64,000 nucleotides of DNA from Hypanus sabinus. Its lineage: Eukaryota. The stretch is from positions 174,840,001-174,904,000 of the forward strand of contig NC_082710.1 in the NCBI RefSeq assembly GCF_030144855.1. The letters run 5' to 3'. This document shows positions 10,910 to 24,720 of the stretch, piece by piece. Within the stretch, counting starts at the first letter, position 1; every line of letters begins with the position of its first letter. Made by a program: the position numbers and the translations under genes. Below the pieces are notes generated by a model, which saw only the letters and a program-made list of their open reading frames with translations, ran no database searches and was not told the origin of the DNA.

Positions 10910-13900
10910 TGTGGGGGACCATTTCATCAAACACCTCCAGTCCATCCGCCAAAAATGGAGCCTCCCACTGGCCACACAGTATAATTCTGATTCCCATTAA
11001 TGCTCGACTGGTCAGTCCATGACCTCCTCATGTGATATGATGAGGCCTCCCTCAGAATGGAGGAGAAAAACCTTAGGGTTTCCAATCAGGGTATCCCCCC
11101 CCACACCCCCCCCCAGCTCTTCCTTTCCCTCCCCTGGCCCTTTACACTTCCCAGCTGCCTGTAACTTCCCCAGGTCCACTCCTCCTTCCTTTTCTGCTAC
11201 AGTGCAATCCCCTCACCTGTCAGATTCCTCCCTCTCCAGCCCTTTACCCATGTTAAATACCTGGCTTCACCGGCTGGCTATCCTCCTTTCCTTCTCCCCA
11301 CTTTTCTTTATTCTGGCCTTTTCCTCTTTCTTTCTCAGGTCTGAAGAAGGGTCTCGGCCCTCGGCCTGACCGTTTGCATATATGCTGCCTGACCCGCCGA
11401 GGTCCTCCAGCATTTTGTGTCTGTGTGTGTTGCTTTGGATTTCCAACACATGCAGAATTTCTCGTGTTGATGACTGAAGGAGCGTCTCTTGTCAGTTTTC
11501 ACCCTCGGCATCTTAACCGGAAGACTGCAATCATGAGGGAGATCAGTGGGGAGGGACGAATGGACAAGTGAGTTACGTAGGGAGTGATCCCTGCGAGGAG
11601 AGAAAGTGGGAGGGAAAGGTGTGCTTGGTGGTGGGATCCCGTTGCAGATGGCAGAAGTTACGGAGAATTATGTGCTGGATGCAGAGGCTGGTGGGGTGGT
11701 AGGTGAGGACAAGAGAAACTCTGTCTCTGTTAAGTGGCAGGAGAATAGGGTGACAGCAGATGTGCGTGAAATGGAAAAGAGGCGGGTGAGGGTAGAGTTG
11801 GTGGTGGAGGAAGCGAATCCCCTTCTCTGAAAAAGGAGGACATCTCCTTTGTTTTGGAATGGAAAGCCTCATCCTTAGAGCAGATGCAGCGGAGATGGAG
11901 GAATTGAGAGAGAGGGGATGGCCTTTTTACAAGTCACAGGGTGGGAAGAGGTATAGTCCAGGTTGCTGTGAGACTCAGTGGGTTTACAAACAATTTCAGT
12001 AGATGAGCTGAGCTGAGTCCAGAGATGGAGACAGAAAGATCAAGAAAGGGGAGGAAAGTGTCAGAAATAGACCAGGATGTAGACAGGAAGGGTCTGAAGC
12101 AGGTGGGATAAATCTGAGGCATGGTATGAAAATATAAGTTTGGTGAGGCAGGAAGAAGCAGGTTTTTGTTCCTTGGGTAGGAGGTAGAAAGGGGAGATGT
12201 GGGGTGAAGGAACTATGAGGTTGGTGGCAATCCCTAGAGTTAATAAGATTACTGATGTTGTGAAAGACAGTAGCCTGGTGCTCCTTAGCAGGGTCCTGTT
12301 CGAGGGGTATGTAAGAGGAGGTGTCTGAGAATTGTCGCCTTTCCTTAACAAGGTAGAGGTCAGTCCGCCAGACTACTACAGCACCCCCACCCTCATCTGC
12401 GGGTTAGATGGCGAGGTTAGGATTAGTACGGTGAGAGTGGAGAGCTGTGCGTTGGGCAGGAGTGAGATTAAGATTGGAGAGGGGAGTCGAGACGGTTGAT
12501 GTCTCATCAGCTGTCAGCAATGAAAAGATCCAGAGCTGGCAGGAGACTAGACTGGGACGTCCAGGAAGAGGATGAGGGTTGAAGACGGGAGATGGGGTCA
12601 TTGGTGCGGGGTGGGGAGTCCTTGCCAAAGAAGCAGGCACGGAGACGGATGCGGTGGAAAAAGGGTTCTGCGTCAGGGTGGGCGAGGAACTCACTGAGGT
12701 GTGCGCTCAGGGTTACAAAGGAGAGGCCCTTACTGACCTCAGAAGGTTCTTCCTGAGAGAGGGGAAAGTCAGAGGGAATTGTGGAGACCCGGCACGGATG
12801 AGGGCTGGGATCAGCGGGTGCAAGGGGATTGACAGTGTCTGAGGAGAGGGAAGGTGTGGTGAGATGAAGATGGGGTCTCTCAGGATGGCGGTAGGATCTG
12901 AGGGACACAGGACTGCAGTGCGGTGGTGGGGGAAGGGGAGACTGGGACAGTGGGTAAAGTCCCGGCCTGGAGGTGCTGTCGATCAGTGTCCCGGCTGGAG
13001 TTGGGGTTGGGGGTTGCACAATCGGCACTTTGAAAGTGTCCAAGGTCCTTGGAACCCACACTGACCACGGTGGAGCCCCGGTTCTGAATCTACTCGGGAT
13101 CGTCAGAACCGTTGAGGTTGGCAGCAGGGATCGCAGTCTGGAGACATCAGGGCCTGCCGGCATCGGAGACGGCATGATTCTGTAGTCTGAAGCCGGGTGA
13201 TCTTCCTTCCAATCTTTACAGGGCACGAAAAAGGCAAAGAACCGACGATTGAAAGTCAGAGAACGTGTAGAGCAGAGCCATTGCAGGTAGGGAGAGAGAA
13301 TGCCAGAGGGTCTCCTATCACCCCACCAGCCCGTGTCCATAATTCTCCGTAACATCCGCCATCTGCAACAGGATCTCACTTCTAAGCTCATCTTTGCCAC
13401 CCTCCCCTCACTTTCTGCTTTCTGCAGGGATCACTCCCTACCAACTTCTTGCCCATTCCTCCCTCCCCACTGCTCTCCTTCCGAACAGTTATTCTTGCAA
13501 GCTGAACCTGCCCCTACACCTCCTCCCTCACTACCATTCAGGACCCCAAACAGTCCTTCCCGGTGAGGCGTCATTTCACATGTGAGCCTGTTGGGGACAC
13601 CTACTGTGTCCGGTGCTCCTGGTCTGGCTTCCTGTATATCGGTGAGACCCGACATAGATTGGGAGTCCGCTTCATCGAGCAACAATGCCCCAGCCACCAT
13701 AAACAGTGGGATCTCCCAGTGGCCACCCACCCATTTTAATTCCATTTCACATTCCCATTCCGACACGTCTAGCCATGGCCTCCTCTGCTGTTGTGATTAG
13801 GCCACTCATAAGTTGGAGGAACAACACATTTTATTCCATCTGGGTAGCCTCCATCCTCATGGCATGAACATTAATTTCTCAAAATTCCAATAGTGGCCCT

Positions 13901-14120
13901 CCCCCTTCATCATTCCGCATTCCCATTTTCCTCTCTCACATTATCTCTTTACCTGCCCAGTATCTCCCTCTGGTGCTCCTCCTCTTCCCTTCAATCCATG
14001 GCCTTCTGTCCTCTCCTCTCGGATTCTCTCTCCTCCTGCTCTTTATCTACTTCCCGGCTCTTTACTTCATGCCCTTCTCCTCTCCCTATCACCTACTCCT
14101 GTATTTCTTCCACCCCTCCT
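10910..14120. mobile_element. Cluster of Penelope-like fragments in both orientations (+10910-11470, -11530-13310, +13320-14120)
   Basis: SKGLSFV...FFHRIRLRACFFG and LVLTYHPTSL on the minus strand; GIY-YIG region and terminal repeat on the plus strand. Confidence 0.8.
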
Positions 14121-15009
14121 GAGGAAGAAAAATAGTAAGACATTGTGACGAACATGAAGGGGTTAATGATCTTCTAGTATGTGAATTCAAAGTCTGTAAT
14201 CACTTATCTGCTACTGATGTACACTGTGTGACTGAAGTGTGCTTTCTAGACAGGATGGCAAAATAACTAAGTCTGTGCTTCCTTGTTCTGAGCATTATCA
14301 CATGTCTGTGCTTGGGAAAGCCTGATACACTGTCCTGAGAACTAACACTTAAGAAAATGTATAACTACTCAAGGACATATAGTGCAACTTTGCTATTCTA
14401 CCGAGTTGTAGTTGAAGTTGCCTCTTTTTCAGATTAAGTGCTTTTTGTCACGTATGCCTGGGGTGTAAATAAGAGAGTAATCCGTTGTCGAGCAGAGTCT
14501 CAGAACTCCCAATTTATTCTGTGACTGAACTCAGACTTGTGGAAAGACAGTGGAAACACACCAGTGAGCGCTCATAGTGTGAATAGAGCTTTGTGCCATC
14601 TTAACTGAAACTGAAATCCTAGACGGGAAAAGCGGGAAATGTGAGCAGTCGATCGGCTAGCACTGATCCTGCTAACAAACCAAAGAGTTCCGGAGGTAAG
14701 ACAAAGGCTTTGAACACTCAACTGCAAGTAGGAAAAAAGACCGCAAAAAAAAAGATTAAAAATATAAAACTGCACCGCCAGCAAATAGGAGGCCCCTTAG
14801 TCCCAGCTGGATCCCCGGCAGATATGGTAATCAGAGAGACCGGAGACGATCAATATCGATCGTTTCACATGTTATTGAAGTGGTCTAAAATGGTTGACAA
14901 TGTATGCAGATCAGTGTTTTATTTGGAAATCATTGCGTACAGCACCAAATTGGTAGCTGAATTACAAAAGAGACATAAATGTGAACAAGATATTGAACAT
15001 ATTCAAGTT

Positions 15010-16700
15010 GCTTAGTCACTTTTCTCCCTGCTGTCTTTGGCATTTACCCATCTTTGTCCAGACTAATAAATCCTCTTCCAGCAGAGAATTCCCATTGGCA
15101 TATCCAAATGACACTCACTTCAACGGTTCCTCAGCTTGTTTTTGATTTGATTCATGAGGCTAAAACCTCTTTCATGAGCAGCACTAGTTGTAAGAAAGGT
15201 TCTGCCATTGTCCGTCAGCTTTGCAAGGTCACAAAACTCTTCATTTTGAGTTGCAAATGTCACCATTTCAGACGAGCTAGTAATCGGTTAGGATTTAATC
15301 TTTTCCTGTACAGTAAATTTGAAGTCGTTGTACTGCTTCACTATGACAGCAAGGAAATCAGGGTATTTTCCACACAAGGCACTGACCTGGTCTTTGCCAA
15401 AATGGAGGTCCCATCCCGCATGTACAGAAAAATCAAAAGCCGCCCATTGTACCTCACCCTCAGGAAACCTCTCTTCTCAATAAACACAGAGGTGGTTTAT
15501 CAAGGTCACCAGAGAATTTGTAGCTCCTGTCACAAATTTGGCTGAGAAAAATGTAACTTTCTCACTCCAAGACACATTGTCTCCCAGATACTTCCTTCTT
15601 ATCTCGTTAATTTTGCCTCGTGCAAAATGAAGTTCATCAATTGGCATTAATACACTCCTTTGCAGTCTTCAACAGCGCAGCCTGTTCTTTAGAGACATCA
15701 TTTAAGACGACTAAAGCTATATTTATTCACTGTTTATCAAATTTCTGTGACAATATATCTTGTGATATATCTTATCATCCTCAGAATATACAATCAATGC
15801 CTCGTACGTATTTATGATTGTCTGCAGTGCAACGCGTCTAGACAGTATCTCACTTTATTCAATGGTCTGAAAGCAAGAGCTTCATTCCCAGAGGAGTCTG
15901 CAATTCCTTTACATGTGCATCTTTTAGTTGAAGATTGAGAAAACACCCAGAAACCACGCAGGCCAGGCTCTTCTCTTGCTGCTGCCATCAGGTGGAGATA
16001 CAAATGCCTCAGTTCTCAGACTCACCACCACCAGGTTCCCGAACAGTTACTACCCCCCAACCATTAGGCTCTTGAACAAAAGGAGACAGCTACCCTCATT
16101 TAAGGACTCAGTTATATTGTTATTTCATGTTTGTTATTTATTTATATTTGCACGGCTTGTTTACTGTTTATAGTTCTGGATGTTTACAGTTACTGTTCTA
16201 TAGATTTGCGGAGTATACCCACAGGATGAGAATTTCAGGGTTGTACGTGGTCAGATGTATGTACTCTGACAATAAATCTTACTTTGAACTTTGATAACAT
16301 AAAGAAATGCAAACACATAATTTTTGCCTCTCCAGCTGTCCGGCGTTTGGACACACTTTTCCATTTGTTCATCGATGTGTTGGACTGAATGCACGGAGGT
16401 ATTCATTTTAACTGCCAGCAAAATGCTGTCAATAAGAACTTGATCTCCTCTGAGTTTGATCATTTTCGCTCTCGTTCATCCGCACAAAACGCACGTAGGG
16501 CCTGTAGCGGGGTAATGGAGGATTTTGTCACCGAGGCTTTTGTACACCATTCATATGGAATTTGTTTGCTAAATGACATTTTAAAAGACAAGTTTCTAAA
16601 TATTACTCCACTTCTTCCCACTTGCAAATTCCCCAGCAACTCTTGCATCCGTGACAATCCACACAGCTAACACCATTCTCTGCATTATATTTCTCAGAGC
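15010..16700 (-). mobile_element. Degenerate hAT transposase fossil (ZNF862/C17orf113-like clade), interrupted by a LINE fragment
   Basis: Minus strand gives TSAAHERGFSLMNQIKNKLRNR (hAT dimerisation motif, about 15120-15200) and FSQSSTKR...AFRPLNKVR (about 15850-15950); many stops and frameshifts. Confidence 0.8.
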
Positions 16701-17488
16701 TGCAGGTTCCAAACTCACAAGCGTTCAGTGTAGCTTTTTCAATTGTTTAAGCCATTCCACTTCGAATGAACTCACTCTTCACTCGGCCTGAGGTCACCTG
16801 GACAGAACACTGTTCATCGTCACCATCAATATTTAACACCGTGATTCCCACAGTCCTGATCAACAAGCCATGAACACTACCTCTTTCTTTTTTAAAATTT
16901 GTGCCTCTATATGACTTATCTTATTTTAACTGTTTAATATGCACAAATATTCTTATTTTCTCTAATACCATGTATTGCATCGTACTGTTCCCTCAAAGAC
17001 AGCAGATTTCACTATATGTGCCAGATTCTGACTTTGTATTGAGGACACATCTAACATGTCAAGGAGAGACGTTATGAATGCAATGGGAGGTGAGAACCCC
17101 TGACCATCACTGTCACTGAAGAGAGTGATGAGCAAATGGGTAGGCCGAGTAAACAGTAGACAAGTCCCCAGACTCTGATGGAAAGCATCCCGGGGAACTG
17201 ACAGAAAGAGCTGACTTTATAGTAGATGTGTTTGTGGAAATTTACCAATTTTGCTTTGTGAGGAACAGTCCTGAATTTCAATATTCAGCCTCCCAGAGTG
17301 AATTGGAGGTCAGTGGTCAGTTCTTATTTAACGGCTTAGTGGGAAGAGAAAGATTTTGACCTGTTTGTGGGTATGGAAGGACAGTAAAGTCATGGCATCA
17401 TTCTGTATGAACCAATCCCCATCATTCTGCACTGACCTACAAACACACACTTACACCAATCAATCACCCACACACTGGGGGAGATTTA

Positions 17489-18028
17489 CACTCAGTGGCC
17501 ACGTTATTCGGTACATCCCACACATAATAAATTCTGTCTTAGTGTGCGTCTGTGCTCTAACACGTCCATTTCAATCTTCTATGTGTTGTTCATTCAGAGA
17601 GGCTCTTCTGCACACCAGTGTGGTACCACGTGGATTCTTCAGTTACTGTCACCTTCCTGTCATCCAGAACCAGACAGGCCATTCTTCTCTGACCTTCTCA
17701 ATAACAAGGCATTTTCACTCGCTGCATGGTTTTGTTTTACACACCATTCTCTGTAAGCTTTAGTGAATGTTGTGAACAAAAATCCGAGAGATCAGTAGAT
17801 TTTGAGATACTCAAACCACCCTGTCTGGCACCAACAGTCATTCCACAGTAAAAGTCACCTAAAAAGTCACATTTCTTCCCCATTCCAATGTTTGGTCTGG
17901 ACAACAACTCAACAATGTCTGAATGCTTTTATGCATTGAGCTGCTGCCACATGATTGGCTGATCAGTTCTTTTACATTAACCAGCAGACACACAACTGTC
18001 CTGTACCTAGTAAAGTGCCCATTGAGTG
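17489..18028. mobile_element. Non-autonomous Tc1/mariner-type element (duplicate)
   Basis: Same TIRs and TA flanks as 1896-2434. Confidence 0.8.
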
Positions 18029-18393
18029 TACGTCTGTGAGTGTACCTGTATATTTATACCGAAACAAAAGAACTCTCGCAAATTTCATTACTTCTGTCAG
18101 CCTAAAAATTCTTTTTTAAACTCCATGTCCCGCCCAGAACAGGGCCATCACCGGCAAATTCCTTTCGTCAAAATTAAATGTCACAAACTCTGACTTTCTC
18201 TTTTAAGTGTTTGTTCTGTTGCTAATTTGGTCCTGCAGATATTACCCAGAGCTGTCGTTCCTTGTTTTCTCGCTTTGTCCCTTAAGGCCGGAGAATTCCC
18301 TCCCCAGAAGGTGCTTGAGACTTTTTCTTGCGTGGAGGGAACTTTTGGAAGAGGTGCAATATTGCTTGTTTCGTACAGTTTAACAAGTGTTTC

Positions 18394-18639
18394 AAAGGGT
18401 TCCTGAATGACTCTGTTTCTGCCGGAACCTCCCTGACTGCCCCAGATCTTCCTCGCTATTTCCAGAATTTTCGCGAAGCCCCGGCAAGTCTCGGACTAGC
18501 AGCGCTGTCATTGGCCGCCGCCTCGGAACCTTCTCCAACCTTCGGCGGTGAGTCACTCGCCCGCGTTTTCATTGGTTTACCTAGACGCCCCTCAAGAACG
18601 AAGCACCGCCCACATAGCCGCGCTGGGACTATATTAAGG
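18394..18639 (+). promoter_or_regulatory. HSP70 copy 2 promoter (HSEs, CCAAT, AP-1, TATA)
   Basis: Same elements at offset +15594; perfect HSE at 18460-18477. Confidence 0.9.
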
Positions 18640-18739
18640 GACGGAGCAGCAAGCCATGCAGTAACGATCGGCTTGGAGAAGCAAAGAAGTCCTTCTGGTA
18701 TTTCAATAAGGAACGTCGGAGCTTTCATCAGAAACACAG

Positions 18740-20662
18740 ATGCCTGCATCCAAGGGGACAGCCATCGGGATCGATCTGGGCACCACCTACTCCTGTGTGG
18801 GGGTCTTCCAGCATGGCAAGGTGGAGATCATCGCCAACGACCAGGGCAACCGCACCACCCCCAGCTATGTGGCCTTCAACGACACCGAGAGGCTCATCGG
18901 CGATGCGGCCAAGAACCAAGTGGCAATGAACCCTGCCAACACCATCTTTGATGCCAAGCGGCTCATCGGGAGGAGGTTTGATGACCCGACGGTGCAGTCT
19001 GACATGAAGCACTGGCCCTTCCAGGTGGTGAGTGACGGAGGGAAGCCCAAGGTGAAGGTGGAGTACAAGGGGGAGAACAAGACCTTTTCCCCAGAGGAAA
19101 TCTCCTCCATGGTGCTGACCAAGATGAAGGAGATTGCTGAGGCTTACCTCGGCCACAATGTCACCAACGCTGTCGTTACCGTTCCTGCCTATTTCAATGA
19201 CTCCCAGCGCCAGGCAACCAAAGATGCTGGTGTGATAGCGGGTCTCAATGTCCTGCGTGTCATCAATGAACCGACAGCAGCTGCCATTGCCTATGGCCTG
19301 GACAAGAAAGGCAAAGGGGAGCGTAATGTTCTCATCTTTGACCTGGGTGGTGGCACCTTCGACGTCTCCATTCTCTCCATTGATGACGGGATCTTTGAAG
19401 TGAAATCGACAGCCGGTGATACCCACCTGGGAGGAGAGGACTTTGACAACCGCATGGTCAATCACTTCATTGAGGAGTTCAAGCGGAAATACAAGAAGGA
19501 CATCAGCCAGAACAAGAGAGCCGTGAGGAGGCTGCGGACGGCCTGCGAGAGAGCAAAGAGAACCCTGTCTTCCAGCACCCAAGCCAGTATTGAGATTGAC
19601 TCTCTGTTTGAGGGTGTTGATTTCTACACCTCAATCACCAGGGCTCGGTTTGAGGAGCTGAACTCTGACCTGTTCAGGGGCACTCTGGAGCCAGTGGAGA
19701 AAGCCCTGAGGGATGCCAAGCTGGACAAATCCCAGATCCATGAGATTGTCCTGGTCGGAGGCTCCACCCGCATCCCCAAGATCCAGAAGCTGCTGCAAGA
19801 TTTCTTCAACGGTAGGGAGCTGAACAAGAGCATCAACCCCGATGAGGCCGTGGCCTATGGGGCAGCTGTCCAGGCGGCCATTCTGATGGGGGACAAGTCG
19901 GAGAATGTTCAGGATCTGCTACTCCTGGATGTTGCTGCTCTGTCGTTGGGGCTGGAGACGGCAGGTGGAGTCATGACCACCCTTATCAAGCGGAACACCA
20001 CCATCCCCACCAAGCAGACCCAGATCTTCAGCACCTACTCCGATAACCAGCCTGGTGTCCTTATTCAGGTGTATGAAGGCGAGAGAGCCATGACCAAGGA
20101 CAACAACCTTCTGGGCAAGTTTGAGTTGAGTGGCATCCCTCCCGCTCCTCGTGGCGTACCCCAGATTGAGGTGACCTTCGATATTGACGCCAATGGCATC
20201 CTCAATGTCTCTGCTGTCGACAAGAGCACTGGGAAAACAAACAAGATCACCATCACCAACGACAAGGGCAGGCTGAGTAAGGAGGAAATTGACAGGATGG
20301 TGCAGGAGGCCGAGATGTACAAGAATGAGGATGAAATGCAGCGGCAGAAGATTGCAGCCAAGAACTCCCTGGAGTCCTATGCCTTCAACATGAAGGGCTC
20401 TGTGGAGGATGAGAAGATGGCTGGAAAGATCAGTGCAGAAGACAAGAGGAAAGTTATTGACCTGTGCAACGAGGCAATATCATGGCTGGAGAAGAATCAG
20501 ATGGCAGAGAAGGAAGAGTTTGAGCACAAGCAGAAAGAGCTGGAAAAAGTCTGCAACCCCATCATTGCCAAACTGTACCAAGGAGCAGGCGCAGGGGAAT
20601 CATGCAGGGCACAGGCTGGGAATGCCAGTTCCTCTGGACCAACTATTGAGGAGGTGGATTAA
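18740..20662 (+). CDS. hsp70: Intronless heat-inducible cytosolic HSP70, copy 2 (640 aa)
   Basis: Same signatures as copy 1; differs at 4 aa (Y117S, Y139H, I140N, L551M). Confidence 0.98.
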   Translation: MPASKGTAIGIDLGTTYSCVGVFQHGKVEIIANDQGNRTTPSYVAFNDTERLIGDAAKNQVAMNPANTIFDAKRLIGRRFDDPTVQSDMKHWPFQVVSDGGKPKVKVEYKGENKTFSPEEISSMVLTKMKEIAEAYLGHNVTNAVVTVPAYFNDSQRQATKDAGVIAGLNVLRVINEPTAAAIAYGLDKKGKGERNVLIFDLGGGTFDVSILSIDDGIFEVKSTAGDTHLGGEDFDNRMVNHFIEEFKRKYKKDISQNKRAVRRLRTACERAKRTLSSSTQASIEIDSLFEGVDFYTSITRARFEELNSDLFRGTLEPVEKALRDAKLDKSQIHEIVLVGGSTRIPKIQKLLQDFFNGRELNKSINPDEAVAYGAAVQAAILMGDKSENVQDLLLLDVAALSLGLETAGGVMTTLIKRNTTIPTKQTQIFSTYSDNQPGVLIQVYEGERAMTKDNNLLGKFELSGIPPAPRGVPQIEVTFDIDANGILNVSAVDKSTGKTNKITITNDKGRLSKEEIDRMVQEAEMYKNEDEMQRQKIAAKNSLESYAFNMKGSVEDEKMAGKISAEDKRKVIDLCNEAISWLEKNQMAEKEEFEHKQKELEKVCNPIIAKLYQGAGAGESCRAQAGNASSSGPTIEEVD

Positions 20663-22769
20663 AGGACTGTAAATGTGACAGTATGGGGCTTGCTCGGTTT
20701 GAGCTCTCTGGACACTTCAGTGGGTCTGATGCTGATGTTGGCTCTTGGGAATAGTCTCCACTGTAACACCACTGGGTCATGTCAATGTCCTGAGTCTGGC
20801 TGTGATGTTCTAATTGTAAACACTGGTAACCGGACTATTCAATTCCTTTGATCGGGTTCTCTGTATCGGGTTATTTTATTTAATAATGTCATCTGTTTTG
20901 GAATGTAAACTTTGTACAGTTTTAAGTATTTTTTAAGATGCTTTCTATAAATGTTTTCATTTTTTAAATTGGGTTTAATTATATTTCGTCACCAGAGAAG
21001 GAAAACTTGCTATTTTGCTTTCAAAAACATAAATTCAACAATTTCTGGGAGCTAAATTATTGATGCATATAAATGAATATCCCCTCCTCATCCTCCCTTT
21101 CCCAAGTCCAGCACACCTTATTTCTCGATCCACTTTGTCAACATTTCTCCACTCTCACAGGTGCAGTGTGGCATTACTTTACCAGAAGGCTTTTGGTTTT
21201 TCAAGAAGGTGACCAGTCCCCAAAGTTGACAGATCTAGTGATGGCCTTGACCAGCAGCTCCTGCATTGTCACCAAAAACAGCTCAATTAGCTGCCTTGGG
21301 AGAGAATCCCATATGCTGGGATCGACGATTGGTATTGGCAGCAGGCTCTGTTTTGAGGTGTGTGTTTGGACAGGTACATGAAGGGGAGGTGAAGGTCAGG
21401 TTGCGGGCAACTGGGACTATCTGGGAGGGATGCTGTTGTGGGGCATGGACAAGTTGGGTAGAAGGGCCATTTCCCATGCTGCTGTCCACACCACTGTTGG
21501 CGTTTCTGTGCATCACCAACATCGTATCATGTCAGGATATAAAGGAACTGTATCAGTTACAAGGTATTTTACCTCATAATTATGTCAAACCTTGCAGTGA
21601 TGTCTGTAGACTCTAAACAGATGGTTATTGAACTCCTGATGTAAATCACCTTAAGACAGAGGAGCAGAATGAATCCATTCAGTCCATTGATGCTGCTTTG
21701 GCATATGATCATTGCTGATTTATTTTCCATCTTCATCCCATCTCCTGATTCTCTCCATCCATAACCACTCACTACTCGGCAATCTATCAACCCTGTCTGT
21801 TAATGTGTCCAATAACTTGAGCACTCCGCAGCCATTTATGGTAAGGATTCCACAGTTTCAACACACTCTGAGTGAAGAAATTCCTCCTCGTCTCTATTCG
21901 TATTACATGTATCCAAAGACACCAATTCATTCTAGGATATTGACACACAGGGCTGTTCCTTACAGGAGGTTTACTGGAATCTAAGAATTCCCGAGGATAG
22001 GACGTGTCTCCCGTTTCTCACTGAAGAGGAAACACTGTGGGAAGTATCCACGTTGCTGGTGGCATTACTAATGAGTAAAGTGAAATTGAAACCTGTTAAA
22101 TTCGGATCGTAATATCTAATAATCTTCCCCACAGTTCCCTTAAACTTCTGGGTCAAGGAGAACCTACAGCAGGTCTTCAAGGCACTGGGGTGATACCGCC
22201 AATACTGGGGACACACACACACACACACACACCAGTTTAATACCACTGATATACAATCGATAATTGTTTATAGTAATACTATAAGAAATACATATAAAAT
22301 AAATTAAATAGTTATTGCAAAGAGGCAGCAAAATACTGTGAGGTAGTGGGCATGAGGTTATTGTCCATTTAGACTTCTGATGGCAGAGGGGAAGAAGTTG
22401 TTCCTGAAAAGCTGGGTGTGTGTCTTCTGTACCTTTTCCTTGAAAGTCAGGCAGTATCTATAACCATATAACAATTACAGCACAGAAACAGGCCATCTTG
22501 ACCCTTCTAGTCCGTGCCGAACACTTAAATTCACCTAGTCCCACCGACCTGTACTCAGCACATAACTCTCCATTCCTTTCCTGTCCAATTTTACTTCAAG
22601 TATGTTGGCAGATGAACACTGGACCAACAGCAGACCAACAGAAACTCGTCAAATCCATTGGCAACAGCTATCCTGCTCATGGACTTCATCTCTTCCACTG
22701 AGGACCAAGTTAAACTATTTTACCACAGTGAGATCTTCCTGTATTAACGCCGTATTTATTGACACCTCG

Positions 22770-23480
22770 AGTACAGGTAAAAGTGGCATCACAAGTAGAT
22801 AGGGTCGTCAAGGGAGCTTTTGGTACATCGGCCTTTATAAATCAAAGTATTGAGTATAAGAGTTGGAATGTTATGGTGAGGTTGTAAAGGCATTGGTGAG
22901 GCCGAATTTGCAGTACTGTGTGCAGTTTTGGTCACCTAATTACAGGAAGGATATTAATAAGGTTGAAAGAGTGCAGAGAAGGTTTACAAGGACCTTGCCG
23001 GGACTTGAGAAACTGAGTTACAGAGAAAGGTTGACTAGGTTAGGACTTTATTCCCTGGAGCGTTGGAGAATGAGGGGAGACTTGATAAAGGAGTATATAA
23101 TTTTTTTTATTATTTTTAGAGGAGTATTAAATTATGAAGGATATAGATAGAGTGAATGCAAGCAAGCTTTTTCCACTGTGGCTTGGGAGAGAAAAAAAAA
23201 CAGGACATGGGTTAAGAGTGAAGGGGGAGAAGCTTAAAGGGAATATTAGGGAGAGATTCTTCATACAGAGAGTGGTGGGAGTGTGGAATGAGCTGCCAGA
23301 GGAAGTGGTGAATGCAGGCTCACTTTTAACATTTAAGAAAAACTTGGACATACATGGATGAGTGGGGTATGAAGGGGTATGGTTTAGGTGCAGGTCAGTG
23401 GGACTTGGCAGAAAAATGGTTCGGCACAGCCAAGAAGGGCCAAGAGGCCTGTTTCTGTGCTGTAATGTGCTATGGTTCTA
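22770..23480 (+). mobile_element. CR1 LINE 3' fragment
   Basis: LVRPNLQYCVQFWSP, ERVQRRFTR, LGLYSLE..RMRGDLI, RVVGVWNELP. Confidence 0.9.
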
Positions 23481-24339
23481 CTTTAAAATGTCTCCCTTGA
23501 ATACTGAACTTCCTCTGCCCTCTACAATAGAATATGGAGGATTGATTTCCGAGTGGAAAAATATACTCCAAGTGACAAGGGATGCTGTGATTGGCACCAA
23601 CATACCGTAAGCGTTGGCTGAAGTCAGCATCTGCAGATGGAAACGGACAGTCGACGTTTCGGATTAGACAGACCCTTGATCTCGAGTTTTAAACTCTGTC
23701 CCGAATGGACAAGCTTTTATCTTGAGACTGATTCCTGGATGTAGAAGTCAAGGGAGCAAATATCGCCTTGCGTCTGAAAGTAGAAAAACTTCCGATTAAT
23801 GGTTCTTTAGGGTTCTTCTCCCGTTGGAGTGGGTTGGGTGGTAGGGAGTATACGCCTCAACTACGGTTGTATTATACAAGATGAACTCGCAGAGTGCCAC
23901 GTGAGTGAATATAATTATTAAAATGTATAGGATGTAATGGTAATAAATTTATTGTGAATGAAGCATATTTCGTGGAAAAAAATCTATAGCAAAAAAGCAG
24001 CCACCGAGACTTCAGCAGGACCTGCTGTATGTTGCTTTGCTATTTGCAGCAGAGTATCTGCAGAGTCCTGACGAAATGTCTCGGCCCGAAACGCCGACAG
24101 CGCTTCCACCAGCATTTCGTGAGTGTTTGAATTTCCAGCATCTGCAGATTTTCTCGTGTTTGTCCTTTTCTACAGATTTGGTGTCAATGGCTGTTCCCAG
24201 CACCTATTGTTTTTTCCTCAGCTTACTTTTTACCTACCGCTTAAGATAACAAGTCAATGCCCAATTGCTTAAGAGAACGAAATGACTTAGCAAGTGTAGC
24301 GAACGCGCTCGTTTTTCCACATCTAATATAAATGTTCAT

Positions 24340-24351
24340 TCTACTTTTCAA
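24340..24351 (-). terminator. snRNA 3' box, U1 copy 2
   Basis: TTGAAAAGTAGA at the same spacing; the motif is kept although the surrounding flank has diverged. Confidence 0.65.
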
Positions 24352-24359
24352 TTGAAAAT

Positions 24360-24523
24360 CAGGGGAGAGCGCGAACGCAGTCCCCCACTACCACAAATTT
24401 TGCAGTCGAGTATCCCGCATTTGGGGACATCGCAGGCGTCAGCACACCCGAAGTGCAATGGGATAGCCTCGTCCTGGGAGAACCGCCTTCATGATCACGG
24501 TCTCTCCCCTGCCAGGTAAGTAT
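24360..24523 (-). ncRNA. RNU1: U1 spliceosomal snRNA, copy 2 (164 nt)
   Basis: Identical by eye to copy 1 over all 164 nt. Confidence 0.97.
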
Positions 24524-24566
24524 GCTTTCCTCTCTCCGCCAGCCACATCCAGGCCTATGCCATACC

Positions 24567-24720
24567 CCTCAGAGATAAGGCAAACAAATATTTTAAATAC
24601 CTACTTCCTACTTTTACACGCCATACTCCTAGAATACCGTTACTGCAAATGCTGCAAATCTAGATTAGTTGATTAGCTGCTGTAGTTCACTGGTGACAAT
24701 TTCCAGACCTTAATCTGCAT
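24567..24720 (-). promoter_or_regulatory. U1 copy 2 promoter: PSE and octamer-like distal element
   Basis: TTGCCTTATCTCTGAGG at 24567-24583 and ATGCAGAT near 24713-24720, at the same spacing as in copy 1. Confidence 0.65.

Larger units (their letters stand above)
15594..20870 (+). repeat. Segmental duplication, copy B
   Basis: Matches 1-5276; identity drops abruptly after ...ctctgtatcggg. Confidence 0.97.

Noticed and set aside
14144-14600. Possible solo LTR starting TGTGACGA
   Set aside because: I could not find a matching inverted 3' end with a target-site duplication.
1-20870. Duplication as a pure haplotig artefact across the N gap
   Set aside because: The 3' flanks contiguous with each HSP70 (5277-5950 vs 20871-21615) are far too diverged to be alleles, so two paralogous loci exist.
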